The notes below the pieces were generated by a model. That model ran no database searches, was not told the origin of the DNA, and saw only the letters and a list, made by a program, of their open reading frames with translations. From the NCBI GenBank assembly GCA_051252135.1, contig JBPOGH010000012.1, positions 71,098-135,097 of the forward strand: DNA of 64,000 nucleotides. Reading direction: 5' to 3'. The position numbers were made by a program, and so were the translations under genes. Source of the stretch: Verrucomicrobiaceae bacterium (GTDB lineage: Bacteria; Verrucomicrobiota; Verrucomicrobiia; Verrucomicrobiales; Akkermansiaceae). Positions 48,496 through 61,499 of the stretch are shown here, piece after piece (the first letter of the stretch is position 1; each line of letters opens with the position of its first letter).

Positions 48496-50112
48496 ATGAA
48501 TCTAACAGTTCCCCTTAAGCACCTCTTTGGAGCGTTGATCATCCTCACGCTCGTTGGCGTGGGAAAAGCCGAGGAAACCGAGGCCCGAAGACTGCTTTCC
48601 GAACTCATTCTCGATCAAAGTTCACAAGAGGTGGACCGCGTCACCCCGCTCTACGACCACGGAGACACCATCATCAAGGACACCATCGCCGGATGGCGAA
48701 TTGGCGAAGTCTTCACTCTAAAACAAGGCGATACCGAAGTCGCCCTCCTCAAACGTGGCGAGAGTTTCGAAGACATCCTCAGCGGCTCAATCCAACAAGC
48801 CACCGGAGATGAAACCATCAACCGGGCCTCCCGCAAACTCAGGAAAAGACTCCGCCGGGTCGTCGACTTCCTCGACCTGAGCTCCAACGATCCGCAAGAG
48901 AGAATCGACTCCGTTCTCAAACTCGCCAAAACTCAAAAAATCGATCTCATCGAGGTCATCGAAGAACGTGTTGATCGTCAAAAGGACCCCGAAGTTCTCG
49001 CCGCTTTCCACGAGGCACTCAACATCCTTCACCTCAAACACGGCACCCGCGAACAACAACTCAAAGCCGTTGCCGATCTTGGGGAACAACGCTCTTTCGG
49101 CGCCCGGGATTTCATCGAAAACCTCCGCCTGGAGACCGAAGACGAGGCCATTCAAGCCGCCGCTGTCTCCGCCCTCAAAAAGATCGATTCCGCACAAAAA
49201 TGGCGCGACTTCTACGGCTCCCTCGTCCACGGGCTCAGCACCGGATCCGTTCTTCTGCTCGTCTCCTACGGCCTCGCCATCACCTTCGGCCTCATGGGCG
49301 TCATCAATATGGCCCACGGAGAATTCATCGCCATCGGAGGCTACACCGTCTTCGTCATTCAGGGACTCTTCGCTGACCTCTATGGCGTCGGCTCAACGGC
49401 CTACGAGTGGTATTTCGTCGTCGCACTCCCTTGCGCTTTCCTCACCTCCGCCTTCTGCGGAGTCCTTCTGGAACGAAGTGTCATCCAATTCCTCTATCGC
49501 CGACCTCTCGAATCCCTCCTCGCCACCTGGGGAGTCTCGATGATCATCCAGCAACTCATTCGCTTAAAGTTCGGAGCCGCCAACGTCTCGGTCTCCTCCC
49601 CCGAATGGCTTTCCGGCAGCTTTCAGGCCGCCGGACTCTCGATGTCCTACAACCGACTCTCCCTCATTGCCTTCGCCCTCCTCGTCATCGTCGCCACTTG
49701 GATTCTCCTGAACAAAACCAACTGGGGTCTTCACGTTCGTGCCACCATGCAGAACCGCCTCATGGCTTCCAGCCTCGGCATCAACTCAACCCGCGTCAAC
49801 ATGATGACCTTCGCCTACGGATCGGGCCTCGCAGGACTCGCCGGCGCCTTTCTCTCCCAGATTGGAAACGTCGGACCCTCCATGGGCCAGACCTACATCG
49901 TCGATAGCTTCATGGTCGTCGTTGTCGGAGGTGTCGGCAATCTCCTCGGAGCCGCCCTTTCCTCCATGGGCATCGGAATGACCGAACAAATCCTCCAGCC
50001 CTTCCTTGGACCGGTGATGGGTAAAATCACGGTTCTCCTCGCTATCATTCTCTTCCTCCAGTTCAAACCCGGAGGCCTTTTCCCTTCACGCTCACGCAGC
50101 CTCGACGACTAA
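48496..50112 (+). CDS. urtB: Urea ABC transporter permease with N-terminal periplasmic extension
   Basis: [30 protein letters not shown] and [12 protein letters not shown] motifs. Confidence 0.95.
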   Translation: MNLTVPLKHLFGALIILTLVGVGKAEETEARRLLSELILDQSSQEVDRVTPLYDHGDTIIKDTIAGWRIGEVFTLKQGDTEVALLKRGESFEDILSGSIQQATGDETINRASRKLRKRLRRVVDFLDLSSNDPQERIDSVLKLAKTQKIDLIEVIEERVDRQKDPEVLAAFHEALNILHLKHGTREQQLKAVADLGEQRSFGARDFIENLRLETEDEAIQAAAVSALKKIDSAQKWRDFYGSLVHGLSTGSVLLLVSYGLAITFGLMGVINMAHGEFIAIGGYTVFVIQGLFADLYGVGSTAYEWYFVVALPCAFLTSAFCGVLLERSVIQFLYRRPLESLLATWGVSMIIQQLIRLKFGAANVSVSSPEWLSGSFQAAGLSMSYNRLSLIAFALLVIVATWILLNKTNWGLHVRATMQNRLMASSLGINSTRVNMMTFAYGSGLAGLAGAFLSQIGNVGPSMGQTYIVDSFMVVVVGGVGNLLGAALSSMGIGMTEQILQPFLGPVMGKITVLLAIILFLQFKPGGLFPSRSRSLDD

Positions 50113-51194
50113 TGATTTCCGCACTGAAACCATTCGAGAAGAAGTCCGAACTCATCATCTTCTTCTCCTTAATTGGCTTTATCATCGCCATGCCCCTGCT
50201 CAACAGCACGGGTGCCATCTCCTCCTATCAGTTGGGCAATTGGGGGAAATACCTCTGCTACGCCGTTGTCGCCATGAGCCTCAACATGCTCTGGGGCTAC
50301 ACCGGCCTCCTCTGCTTGGGCCAATGCCTCTTCTTCGCTTTGGGAGGCTACGCCTTCGGGATGTACCTCATGCTCATGATCGGAGAGCTCGGCCAATACC
50401 AAAGCTCCCTTCCCGACTTCATGGTCTTCCTCGGTTACGAAAAACTACCCGTTCACTGGAAACCCTTCTACAGCCCTTGGTTCGCCATCCTGATGGTCAT
50501 GGTCGTCCCCGGAACCGTCGCCTTCATCTTCGGATTCCTCGCCTTCCGCTCACGCATTAAGGGCGTCTACTTTTCCATCCTCACCCAAGCCCTCACCTAC
50601 GCCGCCGCTCTTCTCTTTTTCAGAAATGACACCACCTTCGGAGGCAACAACGGCTTCACCGATTTCAAGTTCATCTTCGGAGCCGACATCCGCTCCGCCT
50701 CCACCGGACGCTGGCTCTTTGTCGCCTCGGGCATCCTCTTGCTCAGCGTCTACTGGCTCATCGCCTGGCTCCTCACCACCAAGCTCGGCAAGGTCCAGCA
50801 AGCCATCCGCGACTCGGAAAACCGCGTGCGCTTTTCAGGCTATTCCACCACCCATTTCAAACTCTTCATCTTCGTCATCTCCGCCATGATTGCCGGACTC
50901 GCCGGGGCCCTCTACGTCCCTCAGGCCGGCATCATCAACCCCGGGGAAATGTGGCCCGCCAAGGGCCTCGACATCGTCGTCTGGGTCGCCGTCGGAGGAC
51001 GCGGAACCAAGCTCGGCCCCATCATCGGCGCCGTCCTCGTCAACCTCCTCCGCAGCTACACCACCTCCGCCTTCCCCGAATCCTGGCTCCTCATCCTCGG
51101 GGGCATCTTCGTCGTCGTTGTCCTCTTCATGCCCGATGGCATCGTCGGACTCGCCAACCGCCTCTGGGCCAAATTCAAACCTGCCAACGCATGA
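50112..51194 (+). CDS. urtC: Urea ABC transporter permease
   Basis: [31 protein letters not shown] and VAVGGRGT motifs. Confidence 0.95.
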   Translation: MISALKPFEKKSELIIFFSLIGFIIAMPLLNSTGAISSYQLGNWGKYLCYAVVAMSLNMLWGYTGLLCLGQCLFFALGGYAFGMYLMLMIGELGQYQSSLPDFMVFLGYEKLPVHWKPFYSPWFAILMVMVVPGTVAFIFGFLAFRSRIKGVYFSILTQALTYAAALLFFRNDTTFGGNNGFTDFKFIFGADIRSASTGRWLFVASGILLLSVYWLIAWLLTTKLGKVQQAIRDSENRVRFSGYSTTHFKLFIFVISAMIAGLAGALYVPQAGIINPGEMWPAKGLDIVVWVAVGGRGTKLGPIIGAVLVNLLRSYTTSAFPESWLLILGGIFVVVVLFMPDGIVGLANRLWAKFKPANA

Positions 51195-51973
51195 ACCCTC
51201 TCCATCGCGATACCGACCTCGTCCTCTCCGCAGAGGGGGTCACCCGCTCCTTCGATGGCTTCAAGGCCATCAACGATCTCAATTTCTACCTCGGTGAAGG
51301 AGAACTCCGCACCGTCATCGGACCAAACGGCGCCGGAAAAAGCACCTTCATGGACCTCATCACCGGGCGCACCCGTCCGGATGAAGGCACCATCGTCCTT
51401 CACGAATCGGACGGACACGACATCGATCTCACCAGTCTTCCCGAATACAAGGTCAACCGCCTCGGCATCGCCCGCAAGTTCCAGACCCCCAGCGTCTACT
51501 CGCAACACACCGTCTTTGATAACCTCCTCCTCTCACTCGACCGACCCCGCGGCGTCTTTCAGGGACTCTTCTACAAAATGACCCCGGAGGACAAAGCAGC
51601 CATCGAGGAAATTCTCGAAACCATCCGCCTCACCGACCGCCGCGATGAACTCGCCGGCTTCCTTTCCCACGGCCAAAAACAATGGCTCGAGATCGGAATG
51701 CTCCTCGCTCAAAAACCACGCATTCTCCTCGTCGACGAACCCGCCGCCGGCATGAGCGATGAGGAAACGGAACGCACCGGCGAACTCCTCCTCAGCCTCG
51801 AAGGAAAACACAGCATCGTCGTCGTCGAACACGATATGGAATTCATCCGCCAAATCGCCCGTCGCGTCACCGTCCTTCACCAGGGACACGTCCTCAAGGA
51901 GGGCAGTTTCGAACACGTCTCGAAAGATCCACAGGTGATCGAAGTCTACCTCGGAAGACAAAAACATGACTAG
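51191..51973 (+). CDS. urtD: Urea ABC transporter ATP-binding protein
   Basis: [26 protein letters not shown] and DEPAAG motifs; ATGA overlap with urtC. Confidence 0.95.
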   Translation: MNPLHRDTDLVLSAEGVTRSFDGFKAINDLNFYLGEGELRTVIGPNGAGKSTFMDLITGRTRPDEGTIVLHESDGHDIDLTSLPEYKVNRLGIARKFQTPSVYSQHTVFDNLLLSLDRPRGVFQGLFYKMTPEDKAAIEEILETIRLTDRRDELAGFLSHGQKQWLEIGMLLAQKPRILLVDEPAAGMSDEETERTGELLLSLEGKHSIVVVEHDMEFIRQIARRVTVLHQGHVLKEGSFEHVSKDPQVIEVYLGRQKHD

Positions 51974-52670
51974 TTTACTCCAACTCAAGGGCGTCGAAGC
52001 CGCCTACGATCAATCCGTCATCCTGCGGGGAATCGATCTCGATATCCCGCCCAAATCCGTCGTCTCTCTCCTCGGCCGAAATGGCGTCGGTAAAACGACC
52101 ACTCTCAAGACCATCATGGGACTCGTCTCCGCCACCGCCGGCGACATCCAGCTCGACGGAAAATCCCTCGGGAAAATGAAACCCGAAAACCGCGCCCGCT
52201 TCGGCCTCGGATACGTCCCCCAGGGCCGCGACATCTTCTCCTCCATGACCGTCTGGGAGAACCTCAAGGTCAGCATCTCCATCTACGGAAAGGAATCCGC
52301 CGACCGCCTCGACGAAGTCTATCAGCTCTTCCCCGTCCTCAAGGAAATGCTCCACCGAAAAGGCGGAGTCCTCAGTGGCGGACAACAGCAACAACTCGCC
52401 ATCGGACGCGCCCTCCTCACCCGCCCCAAGGTCCTCATCCTCGATGAACCCACCGAAGGCATCCAGCCCTCCATCATCGACCAGATCGAGGACGCCCTGC
52501 TCTACCTCAAAAAGACCCACGACATGAGCATCCTCCTCGTCGAACAATACCTCGATTTCGCCAAGGCCGTCTCGGACCACTTCTACATCATGGACCGTGG
52601 CACCATGCTTACCGGAGGCCCCATCGCCCAACTCTCCGATGACCTCATCACCAAACACCTCACCGTTTAA
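51966..52670 (+). CDS. urtE: Urea ABC transporter ATP-binding protein
   Basis: [25 protein letters not shown] and [10 protein letters not shown] motifs. Confidence 0.95.
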   Translation: MTSLLQLKGVEAAYDQSVILRGIDLDIPPKSVVSLLGRNGVGKTTTLKTIMGLVSATAGDIQLDGKSLGKMKPENRARFGLGYVPQGRDIFSSMTVWENLKVSISIYGKESADRLDEVYQLFPVLKEMLHRKGGVLSGGQQQQLAIGRALLTRPKVLILDEPTEGIQPSIIDQIEDALLYLKKTHDMSILLVEQYLDFAKAVSDHFYIMDRGTMLTGGPIAQLSDDLITKHLTV

Positions 52671-52672
52671 AT

Positions 52673-52975
52673 ATGCACCTCACCCCACGGGAACGCGACA
52701 AACTCATGATCGTCGTCGCGGCCGATCTCGCCCGCCGACGTCAATCCCGCGGCCTCAAGCTCAACTACCCGGAAGCCGTCGCCATCATCACCTATGAAAT
52801 TTTCGAAGGCGCACGCGATGGCAAATCCGTCAGCGAACTGATGGACTACGGCACCCGCATTCTCACCCGAGCCGATGTCATGGAGGGCGTCCCCGAAATG
52901 ATCCACGATGTCCAGGCCGAGGCCACGTTCCCCGACGGCACCAAGCTCGTCACCGTCCACCACCCCATCTCCTGA
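52673..52975 (+). CDS. ureA: Urease gamma subunit
   Basis: [17 protein letters not shown] and [14 protein letters not shown] motifs. Confidence 0.97.
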   Translation: MHLTPRERDKLMIVVAADLARRRQSRGLKLNYPEAVAIITYEIFEGARDGKSVSELMDYGTRILTRADVMEGVPEMIHDVQAEATFPDGTKLVTVHHPIS

Positions 52976-52981
52976 ACCCTC

Positions 52982-53290
52982 ATGAATCCCGGAGAAATCA
53001 TCCCAAAAGTGGCCCCGCCCATTGTCCTCAACGAAGGTTTGGAAACCATCACCCTGATCGTCGCCAACACCGGTGACCGCCCCGTTCAAGTCGGGAGCCA
53101 CTACCATTTTTTCGAGGTCAATTCCGCGCTTCACTTCGACCGCGACGCCGCTCGCGGATTCCGCCTCAACCTTCTCTCCGGCACCGCCGTCCGCTTCGAG
53201 CCCGGCGATGAAAAGGAAGTCGAACTCGTCGCCCTCGCCGGCCAACGCGAAGTCTGGGGCTTCGCCGGAAAAATCAACGGACCACTCTAA
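52982..53290 (+). CDS. ureB: Urease beta subunit
   Basis: [15 protein letters not shown] and GTAVRFEPG motifs. Confidence 0.97.
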   Translation: MNPGEIIPKVAPPIVLNEGLETITLIVANTGDRPVQVGSHYHFFEVNSALHFDRDAARGFRLNLLSGTAVRFEPGDEKEVELVALAGQREVWGFAGKINGPL

Positions 53291-53293
53291 ACC

Positions 53294-55063
<1,770 letters not shown>

Positions 55064-55486
55064 ATGGCGCTCCTCCTCAATCGCATCGGCCCCGCCTCTC
55101 CCGAAGCCATCGCGCTTCCGGTGGCCCGTGTCGATCTCTGGAAACGCCGCTGGCGCGCCACCGCATCCGATGGCTCCGAGATCGCCGTCGCCCTCGATGC
55201 CCCCGCCAAACACGGGGAATTCCTCTGGAACGATGACCGCTCATTCCAAATTTCCCAGCTCCCTGAAACCGTCATCACCATCGCCATACCGGACCAACCC
55301 GACCTCGCCGCAAAAATCGGTTGGTATTTCGGCAACCGCCACATCCCCATCGAAGTACGAAAAAATTCCATCATCGCAGAAGACTTCCCCACCCTCACCG
55401 ACTCCCTCGACCGCATCGGCATCGCCTGGAACCGCCGCCAGGAAATCCTGAACTGCCGCCCCCACTCCAGCGACCACCGCCATTAA
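55064..55486 (+). CDS. ureE: Urease accessory protein UreE
   Basis: KRRWRATASDG and GNRHIP motifs, short His tail; position between ureC and ureF. Confidence 0.85.
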   Translation: MALLLNRIGPASPEAIALPVARVDLWKRRWRATASDGSEIAVALDAPAKHGEFLWNDDRSFQISQLPETVITIAIPDQPDLAAKIGWYFGNRHIPIEVRKNSIIAEDFPTLTDSLDRIGIAWNRRQEILNCRPHSSDHRH

Positions 55487-55493
55487 AAAAACG

Positions 55494-56171
55494 ATGAACC
55501 CTCGCGGCACCGGAATCCTTCTGCAATTCACCGACAGCGCTCTCCCCGTCGGAAGCTACGCCCACTCGTTTGGGCTCGAAGGTCTCGTGCAGTCCGGCCA
55601 CCTCACCACCGGCGATGACCTCCGCGCCTTCCTCCTCCGCGACGTCTCCCACTCCCTCATCAACGGCGACCTCCCTCTCCTTCTCCGCGCCTATCAGGCC
55701 CTTCTCGATCAGGACCTGCCCGCCCTCACTCATTGGGACCAAATCGCCCTCGCCATGAGACCCACCCGCCAACTGCGCGACGCCGCCTCACGCATCGGCC
55801 GCCAGAGCTGGCTCCTCTACGAAAAAACCTGGCGCAAACTCGGCCTCTTCTCCGGAAAAGAGCACTTTCCCCATTTTCAACACCCCATCGTGACCGGAGT
55901 CATCTTCGCCGAATCCACCGTCCCCCTCGCCGACGCCTTCTGCGCCTTCTCCTACCAAACCTTCTCCGCCCTCGTCCAAAGCGCCCTCAAGCTCCTCCCC
56001 ATCGGCCCCACCATCGCCCAGACCATCCTCGCCGATGCCCTCGCCGCCCTGTCCGGACAAAACGACGCCATCCTCGCCCTCACCGATGACGAACTCGGCA
56101 CCTTCAACCCTCTCTGGGACATCGCCGCCAGCCAACACGAACGCGCCGACGCACGCCTCTTTATCTCCTAG
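55494..56171 (+). CDS. ureF: Urease accessory protein UreF
   Basis: [16 protein letters not shown] and C-terminal HE...RLFIS motifs. Confidence 0.95.
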   Translation: MNPRGTGILLQFTDSALPVGSYAHSFGLEGLVQSGHLTTGDDLRAFLLRDVSHSLINGDLPLLLRAYQALLDQDLPALTHWDQIALAMRPTRQLRDAASRIGRQSWLLYEKTWRKLGLFSGKEHFPHFQHPIVTGVIFAESTVPLADAFCAFSYQTFSALVQSALKLLPIGPTIAQTILADALAALSGQNDAILALTDDELGTFNPLWDIAASQHERADARLFIS

Positions 56172-56176
56172 CCACC

Positions 56177-56797
56177 ATGAACGAACGCAAAGCCATCAGA
56201 GTCGGAATCGGCGGTCCCGTCGGCTCCGGAAAATCAACCCTCTGCCTCACTCTCTGCCGCCACTACGGCAAGTCGCGCGACATGGCCGTCATCACCAATG
56301 ACATCTACACCAAGGAGGACGCACGCATGCTCATCAACGCCTCCGCCCTCGATGCCGAACGAATCCTCGGAGTCGAAACCGGAGGATGCCCGCACACCGC
56401 CATCCGCGATGACATCTCGATGAATCTCGAAGCCGTCGACGACCTCCAGGAGCGCTTCCCCGATCTCGAATTCATCCTCATCGAAAGCGGAGGCGACAAT
56501 CTCACCGCCACCTTCTCTCCCGAATTGGTCGATGTCTTCATTTACGTCATCGATGTTACCGAAGGCGGCGACATCCCCCGCAAAGGAGGCCCCGCCATCG
56601 TCGGCGCCGACCTCCTCGTCATCAACAAGGCCGAGCTCGCCCCCTACGTCGAGGTCGACCTCGACCAAATGCACGCCGACTGCTTCTCAAAGCGCGGCGA
56701 CCGCCCCTTCCTCTTCACCGATCTAAAAACCGGCCGTCAGGTCGATGAACTCATCGCCTGGTTTGATCACCACGTTCTCTTCACCGATGTTGGGTAG
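56177..56797 (+). CDS. ureG: Urease accessory GTPase UreG
   Basis: [23 protein letters not shown] and INK motifs. Confidence 0.97.
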   Translation: MNERKAIRVGIGGPVGSGKSTLCLTLCRHYGKSRDMAVITNDIYTKEDARMLINASALDAERILGVETGGCPHTAIRDDISMNLEAVDDLQERFPDLEFILIESGGDNLTATFSPELVDVFIYVIDVTEGGDIPRKGGPAIVGADLLVINKAELAPYVEVDLDQMHADCFSKRGDRPFLFTDLKTGRQVDELIAWFDHHVLFTDVG

Positions 56798-57614
56798 CCT
56801 CCAAAGCAGCGCGGAACTCGATTTCCGCCTCGACGACCTCGGCCGCACCGTTCTCGCCAAACGTCGCGCCGGAGGTCTCTTCCATTTCAGTAAACCCTAC
56901 CGAAATGGCGACACCCTCTCCCTCCAGATCGTCAACCCCACCGCCGGACTCTTCGATGGCGACTCCATGGAGCTCGACGTCCACGTCCGTGCCGGTGCCC
57001 AGGTCGCCCTCACCTCGCCCAGCGCCAACCGGTTCTACACCATGGATCGATCCAGCGCCAAAGTCCGCCAGCACTTCACCATCGGCGCCGGAGGCTGGCT
57101 CGAATACCACCCCAACTTCACCGTCCCCCAACGCGGCTCCGCCGTCGATCAGGAGATCAGGATCGACCTCGCTTCCGGAGCCGAAATGATCTTCCTCGAT
57201 CAACTTTCCCCCGGCCGCCTCAAGCACGGCGAGCAATACCTCTACCGCCGATTCACCACCTCCTTTTCGCTCTCCTACGATGGCATTCCCCGGGTCGCCG
57301 AGCGCATGGTCCTCGAACCCCACCTCAACGGCTGGCCCCTCACCGTCCCCGGATGGGATGTCGCCCTTTTTGGAGCCGTCTGGCTCGTAAAGGACGACCT
57401 CCACAGCCACCTCGACACCCTCTCGGCCATCGAGAGCTCCATCCAAAAAACAGACCTTCACTGCGGCCTCACCATCCTCTCCGACCAAGTCGCCGTCATC
57501 CGCCTCCTCGCCCCTCGAAGCATCATCCTTCGCCAGGCCCTCCGCGATATCCGCGCCTCTCTCAACCCCATTTTTCCTAACCACCCCTTCAACCCAAGAC
57601 TCCAGCAAACATGA
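56787..57614 (+). CDS. ureD: Urease accessory protein UreD/UreH
   Basis: [20 protein letters not shown] and PGRLKHGE motifs; follows ureG. Confidence 0.9.
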   Translation: MLGSLQSSAELDFRLDDLGRTVLAKRRAGGLFHFSKPYRNGDTLSLQIVNPTAGLFDGDSMELDVHVRAGAQVALTSPSANRFYTMDRSSAKVRQHFTIGAGGWLEYHPNFTVPQRGSAVDQEIRIDLASGAEMIFLDQLSPGRLKHGEQYLYRRFTTSFSLSYDGIPRVAERMVLEPHLNGWPLTVPGWDVALFGAVWLVKDDLHSHLDTLSAIESSIQKTDLHCGLTILSDQVAVIRLLAPRSIILRQALRDIRASLNPIFPNHPFNPRLQQT

Positions 57615-57781
57615 AAAAAACCCTGCTCACTGTCACCACCGCACTCATTGCAAAGGCCTCCGCCCACCCCGGCCCTGCCGGACACACCCACCCCGATGAA
57701 TGGCCTTTCGAGCCCGTGGCCCTCCTCGCCTCGCTCATCACCGTCCTCCTCATCGCCAGACTCGTCCTTCGTAGAAGCTGA
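57611..57781 (+). CDS. 56-aa membrane peptide with a HupE/UreJ-like N-terminal His motif (not in the ORF track)
   Basis: [60 protein letters not shown] overlap with the ureD stop. Confidence 0.7.
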   Translation: MKKTLLTVTTALIAKASAHPGPAGHTHPDEWPFEPVALLASLITVLLIARLVLRRS

Positions 57782-57843
57782 GAAAGACGGCCAACCGCAG
57801 GAAAATTCGTGACCCCTGCGATAATTGTCCCTTAGCTCAACCC

Positions 57844-59682
57844 GTGCGCGTTTGGCTTCCGTTTCTTTCCCTCCTCTCTATCGGAGTCATCCCCTCATGC
57901 AAAAAAGACGAACCCGCTCCCCCTCCCGAGCGACAGGTTTCCTACTCCCGCGAAATTCGGCCTATCCTCGCCGCTAAGTGTGCCGCCTGCCACGCCGACC
58001 CCGAAAACGACAACAACTTCCACCTCTCCCTCTCCAACCCCGAAATCCCCGACACCTTCAGCCTCCCCCATCCCGAGGAAGGCGGATTCGATAACGACGA
58101 GGAGGCCCTCTTCGCCAAATGGATAACCCAAGGGGCCCAGGTCGATCCCCACTGGGCCTTCGCTCCCCTGAGTGACGGGGACGATCTCATCATCCCCGAA
58201 AAATCGACCTACCTCCCTGTCGATCTCCCCGAGGGCGACTTCCGCGCCCACCTCCGCAACACCCTCGCCGGCGACCTTCTTCCCGATGGCAGAAAAACCG
58301 CCTTCACCCACGCCCTTCGAAAGGGCGATGACACTCCCGCCGGTCGACTCAACCAACTCTCCAACTGGATCGGCATCCCTCTCCTTTCTCCAAACCCCGG
58401 CGAGGAAATCTCCAACTCTGATCACGCCCGCCTCCTCCACCTATTCACCACCCCCTACGATCACCTCCACGTCACCCATCCCCTCCACCCTCCAACCTAC
58501 ATTGCAGGTGAAATCACTCCTCCCGAGGAAGAGGAACTCCTCGTCCCCGTAACCGAAGTCGAATTCAAAACCTGGCTCGGCGACCGCGACACCCTCCCCC
58601 AAATCCCGGACCTGGTCTCCATCTTCTCCTTCAATGGTGGAACAAATCGCAATACCGCCCTCGGTCGTGAAGACACAGGAGCCACCCCCATACCCACCGT
58701 CGATGGCGTTCAGGGAAAGGGCACTCCCGCCCACCTCCCCCTCGAACTCCCCACCGACCTCCGGCTCTTCAGCACCTCGCCCTTCTCCCTTTCCCTCTGG
58801 ATCAAAACCCCGGACCCCAAAGCCACCTTCTCCCTCATCAGCCAGAAACAAGAGGGCCGCGGGTTCGACTTCTCACTCAACAACGGCCGGATCGCCGCCC
58901 GCTTCACCCGCTACTGGCCCGGCAACGCCCTCGCCGTCAGCACCCCACCCCTTGTCATCTCCACCGATTGGCAGCACCTCGCCGTCACCTACGATGGCTC
59001 ACGCACCTCACGCGGCTTCACCTTTTACCTCAATGGCTCCCTTGCCGATGGACTGTTGATCGATGCCAACTCCCTCGTAAAAAGCATCTGGGCCAATTCA
59101 CCTCCTCCACCCCTCACCCTCGGCGACCCCCTGGCAAAAGGCGTCGTCATTGACGAGGTCAACCTCTTCCAGCGCGCCCTCAGCCCCATCGAAATCAGCA
59201 CCCTCTGCAATGGTCGCACCCTCCTCGCCACCTTCGATGACCCGGAAGCCGACCCCTCCCAACTCCGCCCCTACTACCGCGGTGCCATCAACCCCGCATA
59301 CCGCATCTACCAGGCGACCCTCCTTGAAAAACGCCGCCACCTCGTCACTCTCGAGGACCAACTCACCGAAATCCCCGTCATGGAAAGCCTCCCCCGTGCC
59401 GTCGCCCCCGCCACTCCCCGCACCTCGGGCCCCAAGTGCCTCGATGCCGTCGACCGCCTCGGCCTCGTCACCACTCTCATCGGGGAAGACTCCAATCTCC
59501 TCGCCCGCGCCGCCGCCAACTGGCTCTGGACCGAACACTTCGGCACCCCTCTCGTCCCCAGCCTCGGCTACACCGGGACCGACCTCTCCGCAGCCGGTCA
59601 ACTCACCACCCTCGCCGCCAAGCTCGTTGAACTCGACTGGGACCTCTCCAGACTCTCAGCCTTCCTCCGCCAGCCTCAATAG
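57844..59682 (+). CDS. Lipoprotein with planctomycete-type cytochrome c (PSCyt1), LamG domain and reduced DUF1549/DUF1553-like segments
   Basis: Lipobox-like IPSC, VSYSREIRPILAAKCAACH, WITQGA, HWAF.P, WQHLAVTYDGS and ARAAANWLW..HFG motifs. Confidence 0.75.
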   Translation: MRVWLPFLSLLSIGVIPSCKKDEPAPPPERQVSYSREIRPILAAKCAACHADPENDNNFHLSLSNPEIPDTFSLPHPEEGGFDNDEEALFAKWITQGAQVDPHWAFAPLSDGDDLIIPEKSTYLPVDLPEGDFRAHLRNTLAGDLLPDGRKTAFTHALRKGDDTPAGRLNQLSNWIGIPLLSPNPGEEISNSDHARLLHLFTTPYDHLHVTHPLHPPTYIAGEITPPEEEELLVPVTEVEFKTWLGDRDTLPQIPDLVSIFSFNGGTNRNTALGREDTGATPIPTVDGVQGKGTPAHLPLELPTDLRLFSTSPFSLSLWIKTPDPKATFSLISQKQEGRGFDFSLNNGRIAARFTRYWPGNALAVSTPPLVISTDWQHLAVTYDGSRTSRGFTFYLNGSLADGLLIDANSLVKSIWANSPPPPLTLGDPLAKGVVIDEVNLFQRALSPIEISTLCNGRTLLATFDDPEADPSQLRPYYRGAINPAYRIYQATLLEKRRHLVTLEDQLTEIPVMESLPRAVAPATPRTSGPKCLDAVDRLGLVTTLIGEDSNLLARAAANWLWTEHFGTPLVPSLGYTGTDLSAAGQLTTLAAKLVELDWDLSRLSAFLRQPQ

Positions 59683-59700
59683 CCCTTACCGGAACCATCA

Positions 59701-60210
59701 ATGAAACGTCTCATCCTCTCCCGCCACGCCAAGTCCTCCTGGAATCACCCCGACCTTCGGGACATCGATCGACCGCTCAACAAACGCGGATTCCGCGCCT
59801 CCCCCGTCATGGGCCGCGAGCTCGCCCGCCTCGGCTACCATCCTGACGTCATCCTCGCCAGCCCCTCACAACGCACCCGCACCACTGCGGAACTCCTCGC
59901 CGCCGAGCTCGATTTCGACCCCTCCGAAATCCAAATCGTCGACTCCCTCTACGGAGCCTCATCCGGCGAGGTCGTCGCCATCGCCAACCGCTTGGATGAC
60001 AAAATCAACACCGCCCTCCTCATTGGCCACAACCCCACCTGGACCAACGTCATCAACCGATTCACCGGCGGATGTCTCATGAACCTACCCACCAGTGGCA
60101 TCGCCATCATTGATTTCGATGTCGACCACTGGGCCCAAGTCGAATCCGGCACCCAACGCGACCTCCTCCTCCCCAAAGACTTCGGTGTCGGAGGCGGAGG
60201 TGGAAAATAA
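59701..60210 (+). CDS. sixA: SixA-like histidine phosphatase
   Basis: RHAKS, DRPLNKRG, SP..RT..T and IGHNP motifs. Confidence 0.88.
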   Translation: MKRLILSRHAKSSWNHPDLRDIDRPLNKRGFRASPVMGRELARLGYHPDVILASPSQRTRTTAELLAAELDFDPSEIQIVDSLYGASSGEVVAIANRLDDKINTALLIGHNPTWTNVINRFTGGCLMNLPTSGIAIIDFDVDHWAQVESGTQRDLLLPKDFGVGGGGGK

Positions 60211-60222
60211 ATACCCGCAACA

Positions 60223-60789
60223 ATGCCCCCTTCCGCCCTCATCGTCATCGGAGACGCCTCCGAAACCCTCGACACCCTCTACCCCTACTACCGCCTCATC
60301 GAAGCAGGCATCACCCCGGTCGTCATCGCCCCCGAAAAACGGCGCTACCAAATGGTCATGCACGAGGTCAAACCCGGCTGGACCATCACCAAAGAATGGG
60401 AGGGCTACACCCTCGAGGCCGACCTCGCCTTCTCGGAAGTCAACGAGGAAGACCACCTCGGCATCTTCTTCTCCGGCGGCCGCGCTCCGGAATACATCCG
60501 CTACGATGAAGACCTCGTCCGCATCACCAAGCACTTCTTCGCCGCAAACAAACCCATCGCCTCCGTCTGCCACGGCGTCGAAATCCCCGCCTATGCCGAC
60601 TGCGTCCGCGGTCGCAAAATGGCCACCGTCCCCAAATGTAAATTCGATCTCGAGGTCGCCGGCGGCATCTTCGTCGACCAACCCTGCGTCATCGATGGGA
60701 ACCTCATCTCCGGCCGCACCTACCACGATAACGGCCACTACCTTGCTCCTTGGATAGAACTTCTCCAAAAAGCCGCCCAAGCATCATGA
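60223..60789 (+). CDS. DJ-1/PfpI family protein
   Basis: GGRAPEYIR, nucleophile motif SVCHG, DGNLISGR. Confidence 0.9.
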   Translation: MPPSALIVIGDASETLDTLYPYYRLIEAGITPVVIAPEKRRYQMVMHEVKPGWTITKEWEGYTLEADLAFSEVNEEDHLGIFFSGGRAPEYIRYDEDLVRITKHFFAANKPIASVCHGVEIPAYADCVRGRKMATVPKCKFDLEVAGGIFVDQPCVIDGNLISGRTYHDNGHYLAPWIELLQKAAQAS

Positions 60790-61499
60790 ACCCGCTCGTT
60801 AAAGCTGCCGACACCCTCCGCAAAGAACTCCGCAACCTCCCGTTCCCCGAGCCCGTTCATACCACCTACAACCCGCTCGAATACGCTTGGGATCGTCACT
60901 GCGACTACCTCACCCGCTTCGGTTCCGGCAATAAAAAGGTCCTCTTTCTCGGCATGAACCCCGGCCCCTACGGCATGGCCCAAACCGGCGTCCCCTTCGG
61001 AGAAATCCCCCACGTCCGCGATTGGATGGGCATCTCCGGCCCCGTCACCAAACCCGATCCCGAACACAAAAAACGCCCCGTCACCGGCTTCGATTGCGAG
61101 CGCTCCGAGGTCTCCGGCCGCCGCCTATGGGGCCTCTTCAAAGAACTCCACGGCACCGCCGATTCCTTCTTTGAAAATCACTTCGTCGCCAACTTCTGCC
61201 CCCTCGTCTGGATGAAGGACACCGGAGCCAACCTCACCCCAGACAAACTCCCGCGCGACTGCATGGTCCCCGTCGAGGAAGCCTGCCTCAAGCACCTCAA
61301 AAAAGTCATCGAAATCCTCCAGCCCGAACACCTCGTCGGCGTCGGTGCCTTCGCCGAAAAACAACTCGCTTCCGCCAGCGATGGATCCCACCACCTTGGT
61401 AAAATCCTCCACCCGTCACCTGCAAGCCCGGCAGCCAACCGCGACTTCGCAGGCACCGCAACCAAGCAGCTGACCGACCTCGGATTACTCTCTCAGTAA
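60786..61499 (+). CDS. SMUG1-type (family 3) uracil-DNA glycosylase
   Basis: YNPLEYA, GMNPGPYGMAQTGVPFG, SEVSGRR and HPSPASP motifs; ATGA overlap with the pfpI gene. Confidence 0.92.
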   Translation: MNPLVKAADTLRKELRNLPFPEPVHTTYNPLEYAWDRHCDYLTRFGSGNKKVLFLGMNPGPYGMAQTGVPFGEIPHVRDWMGISGPVTKPDPEHKKRPVTGFDCERSEVSGRRLWGLFKELHGTADSFFENHFVANFCPLVWMKDTGANLTPDKLPRDCMVPVEEACLKHLKKVIEILQPEHLVGVGAFAEKQLASASDGSHHLGKILHPSPASPAANRDFAGTATKQLTDLGLLSQ

